In this document: piece by piece, positions 8,685 through 18,345 of the stretch
How the letters are laid out: each line of letters opens with the position of its first letter
How positions within the stretch are numbered: position 1 is the first letter of the stretch
Source: a virus
DNA: 50,250 bases
Strand: one strand, 5' to 3'
Virus record (IMG/VR): IMGVR_UViG_3300045988_081576
Coordinates: 1-50,250 of that record
Translations under genes and position numbers: made by a program
Notes under the pieces: generated by a model
The model's database searches: none
What the model saw: only the letters and a program-made list of their open reading frames with translations
What the model was told of the DNA's origin: nothing

Positions 8685-9109
8685 TGACAACTTTCGATGA
8701 CCTCACACCCTTGCAGCGCCAGGAATTAATCGGAACATGGGTAGACCTCAACGGGAGCACACAACCACACATCTACCTGGGCGAGTTCACCAGCAACACG
8801 GGTATTCGCCATGGGGCACGCCTATTCAACCCCACCTACACAGACACCTACGCCGCCTTCGAGGATTGCACACCACGCCCTGACCTGCCCCGCGCCTGGG
8901 CACCACACGGCACACCCGTAGCTGGGGAGTGGGAATACGCCGTGCAATACCTGACCCCGGACGGGTGGAAATACAGCCGCCCATCGTGGGAAAATCGCTG
9001 GCAGGACAGCGAAGCCGTCCAAGAAGTCCGAGCCTACCGCGACCACCCAGATGAAGAAACCCGCCTTGTCCGCCGCCTGGTCTCCCAACCCGAGGTGATG
9101 GAGGAATGA
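8684..9109 (+). CDS. Hypothetical protein (141 aa)
   Basis: ATG overlaps the upstream TAA (TAATG); N-terminus paralogous to the 8189 ORF. Confidence 0.5.
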   Translation: MTTFDDLTPLQRQELIGTWVDLNGSTQPHIYLGEFTSNTGIRHGARLFNPTYTDTYAAFEDCTPRPDLPRAWAPHGTPVAGEWEYAVQYLTPDGWKYSRPSWENRWQDSEAVQEVRAYRDHPDEETRLVRRLVSQPEVMEE

Positions 9110-9273
9110 GCCACAGCAACGCAACCGTCACTTGGGCGCTCACATACGGCGAGACAACCCCTTACGTGTGGTGCGTCTACGTGAACGGTATCCCCGAAAA
9201 ACGATTCATACGCAGGGAAGAAGCAATCCACTACCTAGACAAATCAGTGAGGGGTCATTCCATCAATGACTAA
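9106..9273 (+). CDS. Small hypothetical protein (55 aa)
   Basis: ATGA overlap with the upstream gene; below the ORF-track length cut-off. Confidence 0.3.
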   Translation: MSHSNATVTWALTYGETTPYVWCVYVNGIPEKRFIRREEAIHYLDKSVRGHSIND

Positions 9274-9315
9274 TCGAGCACTACTCGCAGCCGCCGACTA
9301 CGCAAAGGAATAAAC

Positions 9316-9690
9316 ATGACCACAAACGAACTAAACCTTCCACCCAGCCACGACACCCGCCGATTCACCCACCACGGATACCAATGCGCAGTACTGATGG
9401 GGCCAATGACCATCAACGGGTACGTTGCCCTCCCAGACGGGCACCCGTGGCTTGATTATCCAACCCCGCTGGAAGTCCACCCCGACATCGACGTTCACGG
9501 TGGAATCACCTATTACTACGGCAACATCATCGGCTTCGACACCAATCACTTCGGTGACGGCCAGCACCCCGATGCCCCATACGGGAACACGTTCCGCTTC
9601 ACCGGCCATATCTGGAATTGGGATGAGGTTGAGGCAGAAACCCGTCGACTCGCCACACAAGCCAAAAACGCAGAAAGGATAGAGAAATGA
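9316..9690 (+). CDS. Hypothetical protein
   Basis: ORF with RBS-like AAGGAATAAAC upstream. Confidence 0.5.
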   Translation: MTTNELNLPPSHDTRRFTHHGYQCAVLMGPMTINGYVALPDGHPWLDYPTPLEVHPDIDVHGGITYYYGNIIGFDTNHFGDGQHPDAPYGNTFRFTGHIWNWDEVEAETRRLATQAKNAERIEK

Positions 9691-10027
9691 CCAACATCGA
9701 CAAAGCCGCTGACCTGCTTTATCAACGCTCAAAAGAACTACTAGGGGTAGACAGCGATGCCGCGCACAGAGCCTGCAAAGAACACGCCCAAGCCCTCGCA
9801 GACGCGGGACTACTCGCAACCGATTTGCCGGAGGAAAACGACCTCGATATTTTCGCGTCAGAGGGTAAAGAGTGGATACAGGTCTGCTCAGACGTCCCCC
9901 ACGTGTGGGCAGCGCCGGACGGGCTAGTCATGGTGCAACGAATCGGCCCCGGAGAACTCACACCCACCGAAGCACGCGAAGTCGCCTACGCCCTACTCTT
10001 AGCCGCCGACTACTCAGAGGAACAAGA

Positions 10028-10031
<4 letters not shown>
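9687..10031 (+). CDS. Hypothetical protein, tandem paralogue A
   Basis: Shares ALADAGLLATDLPE and EAREVAYALLLAADYSEEQE with the next gene (ALAEAGLLAPDLPE; [20 protein letters not shown]). Confidence 0.5.
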
Positions 10032-11313
<1,282 letters not shown>

Positions 11314-11357
11314 TTTGTGATTGTGTGGCCCTGTGCTTTTGCATGGGGTCTTTTTTG

Positions 11358-11396
11358 TTGCATTGATTTGCTACATGTAACACTATGATGTAACAT
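11358..11396 (+). promoter_or_regulatory. Conserved early promoter copy C: TTGCAT/TTGCTA, 17 bp, TAACAT
   Basis: TTGCTA 11368, 17 bp, TAACAT 11391, with ATGTAACA twice, then GGGGGTGTC and leader CACCCCAACCAGAAAGGAAACACC before ATG 11449. Confidence 0.5.
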
Positions 11397-11448
11397 TGGG
11401 GGTGTCAGAGAGTCCTGCCAGACTCACCCCAACCAGAAAGGAAACACC

Positions 11449-11748
11449 ATGAACCTCGACATCCTGTTTGAAATGACCGCCGCCCTCGGCATCGAATGCC
11501 AGGCACCCTACGACCCATTCGACGGAGACGCGGATAATCACGGTCAGTACTTCGATATTCACATCAAGCCCGGTTATTGGTATCGCGTCTACACCGGAGG
11601 CTACAAAGGAAACTTTGCCACCTCGACGGTTTGGCACCACGACGGAGAAACTGATCGCTACGACTTTGACGCCGGTATCGCCGCCGAAATCATCTCCGAA
11701 TGGGTAGAGGCAGCCAGCGAGCGCGAAGCAATCAATCTAGTCGCCTAA
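11449..11748 (+). CDS. Hypothetical protein
   Basis: ATG after the conserved leader. Confidence 0.5.
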   Translation: MNLDILFEMTAALGIECQAPYDPFDGDADNHGQYFDIHIKPGYWYRVYTGGYKGNFATSTVWHHDGETDRYDFDAGIAAEIISEWVEAASEREAINLVA

Positions 11749-11815
11749 CAAAGCGCAGGAGGGGGGCGCATTCCATATCACGCCCAACGCACCCCAACCA
11801 TTGAAAGGAAACACC

Positions 11816-11992
11816 ATGAAACGCTACGCGCCGGCCATCCTCAAACAAACCGAGGACTTCACCAATCACCAGCTCCAAATGATGCTGTGCACCATGATGC
11901 CCATCATCGAACACCACACCGACGAAACAACCGCACAGGCAATCCTCGACCACGCCATCCAGGTTGAGAACGAGCACAAGGCGGTGGCCTAA
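11816..11992 (+). CDS. Hypothetical protein (58 aa)
   Basis: ATG 11816 after the conserved leader CACCCCAACCATTGAAAGGAAACACC. Confidence 0.4.
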   Translation: MKRYAPAILKQTEDFTNHQLQMMLCTMMPIIEHHTDETTAQAILDHAIQVENEHKAVA

Positions 11993-12298
11993 ATGACAAC
12001 GCTCATCACACCGCACAATCGCAGGATGAATAACAGTTGGCGCTGGGAAGCCAAATGCTTAGGCGATGACCCCGCAAAATACGACCTCGACAATAGGACA
12101 TCTAATAAGGCAGCAATCGCCCGCGAATTGTGCGCCGGGTGCCCCGTGAAACGTGAATGCGCCGCCGATGCCTTGATGTTTGAAGCGTGGGGCACAGTAC
12201 GCGCCGGGGTATGGCTCCCAGGTAACGGGCTAATGAACTACCAGCAACAGAACTACATCAACGTACTGAAGCGCGTAGCAGCAGGGGAGGATGCGTAA
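11993..12298 (+). CDS. WhiB-family (Wbl) 4Fe-4S transcription factor
   Basis: WRWEAKC...C-x2-C-x5-C (CAGCPVKREC) then GVWLPG. Four Cys with WhiB-like spacing. Confidence 0.8.
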   Translation: MTTLITPHNRRMNNSWRWEAKCLGDDPAKYDLDNRTSNKAAIARELCAGCPVKRECAADALMFEAWGTVRAGVWLPGNGLMNYQQQNYINVLKRVAAGEDA

Positions 12299-13098
12299 TG
12301 GAACTGTTTAATGACCACTTCCAGAACTTCAAGCGCTACAACACCCCAAAAGCGCAGCTAATCATTGCCGACATACCTTATAATTTGGGCGCTAATGCTT
12401 ACGGCTCAAGCCCCGCTTGGTACATCGGTGGCGACAACAAGAACGGCGAATCCGAACTAGCGGGCAAGCAATTTTTCGACACAGACAAAGATTTCCGCGT
12501 CCCTGAATTCATGCACTTCGCCAGTAAGATGCTCCGCCCGGAACCGAAAGCCAAAGGCCAGGCACCGGCCATGATTGTGTTCTGCGCATTCGACCAACAA
12601 TGGGCGTTGATTGAAGAAGCAAAGCGTTACGGCTTCAACCACTACATCAATTTGGTGTTCCGCAAACCATCCTCACCGCAGGTGCTCAAGGCCAATATGA
12701 AAGTGGTTGGCAATGCGGAATACGCGCTTATCTTCTACCGAAACAAGCTACCTAAATTCCGCAATCATGGCCGCATGGTCATGAACATCATGGACTGGGC
12801 AAGGGACGGTAGCCACATCCCTAAGGTGCACCCCACACAAAAGCCCGTCGCACTCATGGAACGATTGATCGACCTGTTCACCGACCCCGATGATGTAGTC
12901 ATTGACCCATGCGCAGGCAGTGGTGCCACGCTAGTAGCCGCTGAAAATCTAGGCCGCAAGTCTTACGGCTTCGAAATCAAGAAAGACTTCTGCCAAGCAT
13001 TCGAGAATGAGATGCGGCACGCCGTCACACCAGCGTTGACATACGGCAACGACCCAGAACCCATCATTGCGCAGCCACTGTGGGGTGAGCCAGCATGA
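12298..13098 (+). CDS. DNA methyltransferase, beta-class amino-MTase (N6-adenine or N4-cytosine)
   Basis: Motif IV variant IIADIPY lies upstream of motif I VIDPCAGSGAT, preceded by HPTQKP, giving a beta-class order. No restriction endonuclease is adjacent. Confidence 0.75.
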   Translation: MELFNDHFQNFKRYNTPKAQLIIADIPYNLGANAYGSSPAWYIGGDNKNGESELAGKQFFDTDKDFRVPEFMHFASKMLRPEPKAKGQAPAMIVFCAFDQQWALIEEAKRYGFNHYINLVFRKPSSPQVLKANMKVVGNAEYALIFYRNKLPKFRNHGRMVMNIMDWARDGSHIPKVHPTQKPVALMERLIDLFTDPDDVVIDPCAGSGATLVAAENLGRKSYGFEIKKDFCQAFENEMRHAVTPALTYGNDPEPIIAQPLWGEPA

Positions 13099-13433
13099 CC
13101 CCACTGGAAGCCAAAAAGCAGCTCAACCGGGTTGAAGCAGGGGGCTACGCCTCCCAGGATGTTGCAGTCGCTGCGTTAAATGATGTGGCGGGCCTGCGGT
13201 ATGAGTACGCCGCCCAAGTCTGGCGGCCACTACTCGAAAAGTGGCTATTTGTGGGGCCGTCTGGATTGTGGGAACGGCCGCACCGCGCCCGCTGGTATGC
13301 GCTATCTGCCACGGCTGAGCGGATGGCCGTTGACAAGTACCCAGACCAACAGGTGCGAGTCGTGGCGCGTGCCTACAGTCAGCCCATCGTCATGAGTGAG
13401 GAAGAGCGCGAGGAAGAATGTTTAACTCTCTAA
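13095..13433 (+). CDS. Hypothetical protein
   Basis: ORF overlapping the upstream stop. Confidence 0.5.
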   Translation: MTPLEAKKQLNRVEAGGYASQDVAVAALNDVAGLRYEYAAQVWRPLLEKWLFVGPSGLWERPHRARWYALSATAERMAVDKYPDQQVRVVARAYSQPIVMSEEEREEECLTL

Positions 13434-13509
13434 TAAACCTGCTATCCGCCTACGCCTACACCCCGGACGGTGGCGTAGCTGACCCTAATCACCCCGTCTA
13501 CATTCTGCT

Positions 13510-13800
13510 GTGGGTATTGAAGGTGCTGTCATGACAGTACTGTGCACCCGCACCACAACCATCATGCCACCATACAAGCCCCGCGCTGGGGAGGTGCAGC
13601 GCGTTAAGGTGGACGGCACCGTAGAATCCTGCACCCAAGCACGCCGCAACCGGCCCGAACCCGAACACCTCCAATTCCAGGAGCCGGAGCCGGGCCTATT
13701 CCGCCGCTGCCGACAGGTCTACCGATACGGCCCCTGGGGCGAACCGATCCTAGTGCAAGGCAGATGGGATGTCTTCGAACTCTGGTACGAGGAATCATGA
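13510..13800 (+). CDS. Hypothetical protein
   Basis: ORF; ends in ATGA overlap with the dcm-like gene. Confidence 0.4.
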   Translation: MGIEGAVMTVLCTRTTTIMPPYKPRAGEVQRVKVDGTVESCTQARRNRPEPEHLQFQEPEPGLFRRCRQVYRYGPWGEPILVQGRWDVFELWYEES

Positions 13801-14684
13801 AGATAGGCGGCATGTTTGCAGGCTACAGCGGCCTAGAGATGGGTGTCATGCGGGTGTTCGATGCTAGTCCCGCATGGTTCGCGGAAATAGATGAAGCCCC
13901 GGCCCGCATCCTCCACCACCACTACCCACACGTGCCCAACCTAGGCGACGTGACCAAAGTGGACTGGGGGAGCGTGCCACCCATCGACATCCTCACCGCT
14001 GGCTACCCTTGCCAACCCTTTTCGCAGGCCGGGCACCGTAAAGGAACGAATGATGAAAGGCACCTTTGGCCGCATGTCCTCAACGCCATTCGCATACTAC
14101 GACCACAATTCGCAGTCTTTGAAAACGTGCCAGGCCACATTACTTTGGGACTTGACACCGTGCTCTGTGACCTTGCCAGCATCCGGTGGGATGCGGAATG
14201 GACAACTATTCGAGCATCCGACGTGGGGGCGCCGCACCACCGGGAGCGGCTTTTCATACTTGCCTACCCCAACGGCCAGCGACCACAAACGGAACGACAG
14301 CCCGGCGGACAGGCGCAGGAAATCGCCTGGGATAACGACATGCTCGGCTTTTTGGCCGGGCTTAATGGAGCTGTAGACATCGACCATGAATTGAGATGTC
14401 AGTTTGAGGATTACGGCCCTGCGATTCTTACTTGGGCACTTATGACGGGCACACCGCCGCCACTATTGCTTGTGGATCATCCCGTGCGTTCTCTGCACCC
14501 GCGGTTCCCAGAAAGCAAATCGGCCACCAATCCTGAATTCATTGAATGGATGATGGGCTTGCCTGCTGGTTGGGTGACCGGCGTACCGGGATTGGTGCGC
14601 ACGCAAATACTGAAAGCATTAGGCAACGGTGTGTGCCCGCAGCAAGGGGCGGCGGCGTTACGTGAGATTCTTTCCCGCGCATGA
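13797..14684 (+). CDS. dcm: DNA (cytosine-5)-methyltransferase
   Basis: Motif I FAGYSGL, motif IV GYPCQPFSQAG, motif VI FENVPG, motif VIII HHRERLFILA and motif X ALGNGVCPQQ, all read directly. Confidence 0.85.
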   Translation: MKIGGMFAGYSGLEMGVMRVFDASPAWFAEIDEAPARILHHHYPHVPNLGDVTKVDWGSVPPIDILTAGYPCQPFSQAGHRKGTNDERHLWPHVLNAIRILRPQFAVFENVPGHITLGLDTVLCDLASIRWDAEWTTIRASDVGAPHHRERLFILAYPNGQRPQTERQPGGQAQEIAWDNDMLGFLAGLNGAVDIDHELRCQFEDYGPAILTWALMTGTPPPLLLVDHPVRSLHPRFPESKSATNPEFIEWMMGLPAGWVTGVPGLVRTQILKALGNGVCPQQGAAALREILSRA

Positions 14685-14789
14685 TTAAAGCCCACCGTGT
14701 GAGGTGGAGCAATTGGGCACACGGTGGGCTTTAGCGCTTGGCAATGGAAGAGGTGCAAGCACCAATCATCATACACGGAAAGTTACACC

Positions 14790-15161
14790 ATGCAACAAAC
14801 ATACACCATGCCACTGTCATTCCAACGGCCACCGCTTAATCAGAATGACCGCATACACTGGGCAAAGAAAGCACGCATCGTTAAAGCCGCCCGGTTTGAA
14901 TCACGCATGAGGGCAAAATCCATGCGCCTACCAGTAGCGAAGAATAGTATCACCGTGCAATTCTGCTACCAGCCACGCGATAACCGGCGACGTGACCCCG
15001 GTAATCTCACGGCCACATCCAAACCAATCGTGGACGGCCTAGTGGACGCTGGGATTGTTCCCGATGACTGCCCACCGTATGTGCGGGAACTCATGCCAGA
15101 AATCCTACCTGCGGTTAAAGGCGAACCCGCCAAGTGCTGGATTACGATTAGCTACACGTAA
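14790..15161 (+). CDS. rusA: RusA-family Holliday junction resolvase
   Basis: RusA family signature (PLSFQRPPLNQNDRIHWAKKARIVKAA...DPGNLTATSKPIVDGLVDAGIVPDD). ATG 14790 with a short leader. Confidence 0.8.
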   Translation: MQQTYTMPLSFQRPPLNQNDRIHWAKKARIVKAARFESRMRAKSMRLPVAKNSITVQFCYQPRDNRRRDPGNLTATSKPIVDGLVDAGIVPDDCPPYVRELMPEILPAVKGEPAKCWITISYT

Positions 15162-15164
15162 ATG

Positions 15165-15194
15165 TTGCACGATGCCACATGATTGATGTAACTT
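15165..15194 (+). promoter_or_regulatory. Conserved early promoter copy D: TTGCAC, 18 bp, TAACTT, 7 nt upstream of GTG 15202 (leaderless mRNA candidate)
   Basis: Hexamers read directly; the start codon lies at the predicted +1. Confidence 0.4.
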
Positions 15195-15201
15195 TACATA
15201 T

Positions 15202-15798
15202 GTGAATCGTCCCCCATGCGCAGGCCATGCCGTATTCACCAACCCCCAACCAGTAGACCCCGCCACCATTGACGCAATGGAAATGTGCACCTACTGCCCC
15301 CTGCTGAAACAATGCGCACTCAACGCACTCACCGCAGGGGACAGTCTAGACATGGTGCACAAACAACCAGCCACAGGTGTCATACAGGCCGGGGTGTGGT
15401 GCACAGGCGACCAAGACACCGCCAACCAACTCGCCACCATCGCCGGTGTTGACGCGCCACAAATCGGGCCACATGCGAGATTCACCCCACCTGACAACTG
15501 CCTAGGGTGCGGAAAACCAATGACTACACGCACAAAAGGAATACCACTAACAAAAGACGAACTAACGCACGCGGCGCACGGATACTGCCGAATCTGTGAC
15601 GCTAAACGCCGCCGCCAAAAAGATTGGCAATCAACCCAACCAAAAAACACCACTATTTTCACTTGGAGAGAAAAAAGACATGACCGCAACACTGGCCCTG
15701 GCCGTAAGCATCATCGCACTCATCCTAATAGTCGGCCTCACCATCATGGTGATCGACCAGGCCCGAATCGTAAAGGCGTGCAAGAAAGCCTATTTTAG
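15202..15798 (+). CDS. WhiB-like protein with an extended basic C-terminal tail (second Wbl paralogue); the C-terminal 40 codons overlap the dut ORF
   Basis: C-x22-C-x2-C-x5-C (PPCAGHA...MCTYCPLLKQC) and a GVWCTG motif; GTG start. Confidence 0.5.
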   Translation: MNRPPCAGHAVFTNPQPVDPATIDAMEMCTYCPLLKQCALNALTAGDSLDMVHKQPATGVIQAGVWCTGDQDTANQLATIAGVDAPQIGPHARFTPPDNCLGCGKPMTTRTKGIPLTKDELTHAAHGYCRICDAKRRRQKDWQSTQPKNTTIFTWREKRHDRNTGPGRKHHRTHPNSRPHHHGDRPGPNRKGVQESLF

Positions 15799-16231
15799 CC
15801 CCGTCACTATTGATGTGGTGGGGGATAAGAATAATGTTCCTGCACGTGCACACGCCACGGATGCGGGGTTTGACGTGCGCATTAACGAAGATGTGCATCT
15901 TGCACCGGGGGAACGCGCACTAGTGACTACCGGTATCCGCTTAGGGGTTCCTGAGGGGTACTATGTCGCGGCTGTTCCTCGTTCCGGTATGGCGCACAAG
16001 GTGGGGGTCACTTTGAATAATGCGCCTGGCACGATTGATGCTGGGTATGAGGGTGTTGTTTACCTGAATTTGATTAATCACAGCCCTAAGCATGTTGTGC
16101 TGCATAAGGGGGATCGTGTGGCGCAGTTGGTGGTTAATCGTGTGCAGCCTGCCATCATGCGCCAGGTAAACGCGCTTGATGGTGATACGGCACGCGGCGT
16201 TAATGGGCATGGTTCCACGGGGGTGCAGTAA
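15680..16231 (+). CDS. dut: dUTP diphosphatase (trimeric dUTPase) with an unusual hydrophobic N-terminal extension; start uncertain
   Basis: Five dUTPase motifs: AGFDV, PRSG, GTIDAGYEG, RVAQLVV and RGVNGHGSTG. ATG 15680 after GAGAAAAAAGAC. The first 35 aa form a TM-like helix. Confidence 0.8.
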   Translation: MTATLALAVSIIALILIVGLTIMVIDQARIVKACKKAYFSPVTIDVVGDKNNVPARAHATDAGFDVRINEDVHLAPGERALVTTGIRLGVPEGYYVAAVPRSGMAHKVGVTLNNAPGTIDAGYEGVVYLNLINHSPKHVVLHKGDRVAQLVVNRVQPAIMRQVNALDGDTARGVNGHGSTGVQ

Positions 16232-16521
16232 TGGGAATCGCCGAAAATGCTATTGCGGCTGGTGAAGCGGAACTGAAACGCCTAGGGATGATGGACAATG
16301 ACCCGGTGAATCACCCGCAGCATTACACGGGGTTTAGTAACGGCGCTGAGGTTATCGACATCACGGAGAACCTCACGTTCAACGCCGGAAACGCGGTGAA
16401 GTATGCCGCCCGCGCCGGGCGCACAGATGGACGCAATAAAGGTGCCGTAGCCGAAGACCTGCATAAAGCAATCTGGTATCTCAACCGCGAACTACAACGC
16501 TTAGAGGGTAACCATGAATGA
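16231..16521 (+). CDS. DUF3310-like phage protein (conserved HPxHY motif)
   Basis: NHPQHYTG...EVIDI...NAVKYAAR...DLHKAIWYL pattern recalled from the DUF3310 family. Confidence 0.45.
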   Translation: MGIAENAIAAGEAELKRLGMMDNDPVNHPQHYTGFSNGAEVIDITENLTFNAGNAVKYAARAGRTDGRNKGAVAEDLHKAIWYLNRELQRLEGNHE

Positions 16522-16705
16522 TTTTGAGCGCTCCAAGTGGAATCACCCATCCATGAAGAATCGTATCGATGCTGAAATAATGGCCATGGAACACGGCCTA
16601 GGCATCGACGCGGAAGACCCTCAAGAGATTGAGCCACCCGCAGTAAAGCGGATGAAGCGGGAGGGGCGCAGGAAACCACGGGGGTACACATTCCCATGGC
16701 GATAA
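16514..16705 (+). CDS. Hypothetical protein
   Basis: ORF with ATGA overlap to the upstream gene. Confidence 0.4.
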   Translation: MNDFERSKWNHPSMKNRIDAEIMAMEHGLGIDAEDPQEIEPPAVKRMKREGRRKPRGYTFPWR

Positions 16706-16884
16706 GAGAATGCCCATGCCCCAACAAAATCAGGCACGGCTCCAAACATGCCGCCCTAAACGCCCTGCACCGTGAATGGCGGCGAGGGCGACAAAAGCAC
16801 ATGCCACTGCGTGTCTACAAATGCGTATGCGGAGGATGGCATACAACATCGAAACCCTATAGGTGGTGGAAAAATGAATCGTGA
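16696..16884 (+). CDS. Small Cys/His-rich (zinc-finger-like) basic protein
   Basis: CPCPNK...H...YKCVCGGWH. Confidence 0.4.
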   Translation: MAIRECPCPNKIRHGSKHAALNALHREWRRGRQKHMPLRVYKCVCGGWHTTSKPYRWWKNES

Positions 16885-17053
16885 TTATCATGTGGTTCAG
16901 GTCTATGACCGTTGGGTAGTTGCAACACACTGGTCTATTGAGTCTTTGTCTGATAGGCGGATTATTGCGAACTTTGCTGACAAATCCATGGCCGAAGCCT
17001 GGCTAGAGTCATACACGGCATGGATAGACAAGTTGCACGGCGTAACAGTGTGA
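16874..17053 (+). CDS. Hypothetical protein (59 aa)
   Basis: ATG 16874 after AGGTGGTGGAAAA; in frame with track ORF 16772..17053. Confidence 0.4.
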   Translation: MNRDYHVVQVYDRWVVATHWSIESLSDRRIIANFADKSMAEAWLESYTAWIDKLHGVTV

Positions 17054-17061
17054 TGTAACAT
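17033..17061 (+). promoter_or_regulatory. Conserved early promoter copy E (TTGCAC, 17 bp, TAACAT) facing a 450-bp ORF-poor region
   Basis: Hexamers plus the downstream GGGGTTGTG block read directly. Confidence 0.45.
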
Positions 17062-17164
17062 GGGGTTGTGTTGGTGGCCACGAAGCCTAACACCGCAACC
17101 ACCAAACACCAGGCCTATCACCTGATACAAAGATAGTTCCCGCACTAAGAGGATAGGAAACACA

Positions 17165-17230
17165 ATGAGCTATGAATACCTAACAATCATCGCATTGCTG
17201 GTAAACATTCTTGTGCAGCTTATCGGCTAG
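17165..17230 (+). CDS. Candidate 21-aa hydrophobic peptide (MSYEYLTIIALLVNILVQLIG)
   Basis: AAGAGGA RBS 7 nt upstream of ATG; local low GC; about 100 nt downstream of promoter copy E. Confidence 0.3.
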   Translation: MSYEYLTIIALLVNILVQLIG

Positions 17231-17282
17231 TAGGGGTAAAAAGAGTGCACGTAGCTTAACCCGGCAAAGCACAACCTGATTA

Positions 17283-17307
17283 GGGTGCATGACAATTGGA
17301 TGCACCC
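17283..17307. terminator. Stem-loop GGGTGCAT-(9 nt)-ATGCACCC in the early/late intergenic region
   Basis: 8-bp perfect inverted repeat read directly; a T-run (GTCGTTTTTGTT) lies about 60 nt downstream. Confidence 0.35.
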
Positions 17308-17497
17308 CAACCCGGCAATGATGGTGGTTCAACCCCACCCGTGCACACTAAGGGGATGTAGTCGTTTTTGTTCATTTCGGCGACGCAAGGGCATAACCAG
17401 TGGTTTCCCTGACTTTCACCACACAACGGCACTGTGACCCTGCATTCTCCCAACAAACCTAAACCATAATTCAATAACAAAAAAGGGGTGGACACCA

Positions 17498-17632
17498 ATG
17501 GAACAATTAATCTTCTACACGCTAGTAGCACTCACAACATTCACCATCGTGGATTTAATCGCACTAGTCACAACCTCGCACATGGACAGTGACCATGTTG
17601 GCAAGCACCGCGCAACTAACAATGATGATTAA
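17498..17632 (+). CDS. Small membrane protein (44 aa)
   Basis: ATG 17498 after AAAAAGGGGTGGACACCA; hydrophobic segment LIFYTLVALTTFTIVDLIALV. Confidence 0.35.
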   Translation: MEQLIFYTLVALTTFTIVDLIALVTTSHMDSDHVGKHRATNNDD

Positions 17633-17846
17633 CATGCGCGGCATGGACTCAGTAGACGACATCATCATGCCCCTAGCCACCCTCCGTGTTCAATACGGAA
17701 TCGACATCGAGGGAAACAGTATTACCGCAGTGTCATGGACAGACCCAGAAACAGGTAAGACGGCAGACCACATCCTCCGCAACGGCATCATCGGCTACCT
17801 GCAGGAACTCGAAGCGGCAGAAGTGTTCGAGGGCTGGGATGATTAG
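17589..17846 (+). CDS. Hypothetical protein
   Basis: ORF (GTG start) overlapping the 3' end of the 17498 ORF. Confidence 0.4.
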   Translation: MTMLASTAQLTMMINMRGMDSVDDIIMPLATLRVQYGIDIEGNSITAVSWTDPETGKTADHILRNGIIGYLQELEAAEVFEGWDD

Positions 17847-17875
17847 ATGTCCACGCCACGGTTTAGTCTGTGGGC

Positions 17876-18049
17876 ATGATTCATATTGACCCAGAAATCC
17901 AAGCGATAGTAGATGCACGATGGGCGGCAATGCCCGAAGAATGGCGCAACCTCCCAGACGATGAAGTCACCGCATGCGGAATGCCACTAGGCTTAGTGCA
18001 CCCAGACCTCTACGACGAAAACAACCAACCACGAGATTGGAACAAGTGA
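17876..18049 (+). CDS. Small hypothetical protein (57 aa)
   Basis: ORF below the track cut-off. Confidence 0.3.
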   Translation: MIHIDPEIQAIVDARWAAMPEEWRNLPDDEVTACGMPLGLVHPDLYDENNQPRDWNK

Positions 18050-18139
18050 GCTAGAGGGGACTGCGCTCATGTCAGCCGCCTGCCTTAAAATTTTCATGTG
18101 CAGCAACACGGCTACACACCAACAATCCAAGGAGGATAA

Positions 18140-18307
18140 ATGAAGCTCCACGTCCAGGGCACTGAACCTGCACAGAGCCAGAACTATGAGGGTGAAAACC
18201 TCACGTTCGAAGTTAAAAGCGGATTTCTAAATGTCTTTGAGGGCGACAAACTCATCGGCCAGCATAATCAGAATATGTGGGCCTACGTCTCAATCGCCGA
18301 AGACTAG
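18140..18307 (+). CDS. Small hypothetical protein (55 aa)
   Basis: Strong RBS AAGGAGGATAA before ATG 18140. Confidence 0.45.
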   Translation: MKLHVQGTEPAQSQNYEGENLTFEVKSGFLNVFEGDKLIGQHNQNMWAYVSIAED

Positions 18308-18345
18308 CCGCTAGACAATGCCCCGCGCCTTTTAGGCTGTGGGGC

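Noticed and set aside
14050-14376. 108-aa ORF in an alternative frame within the dcm-like gene
   Set aside because: It overlaps conserved C5-MTase motifs encoded in the other frame.
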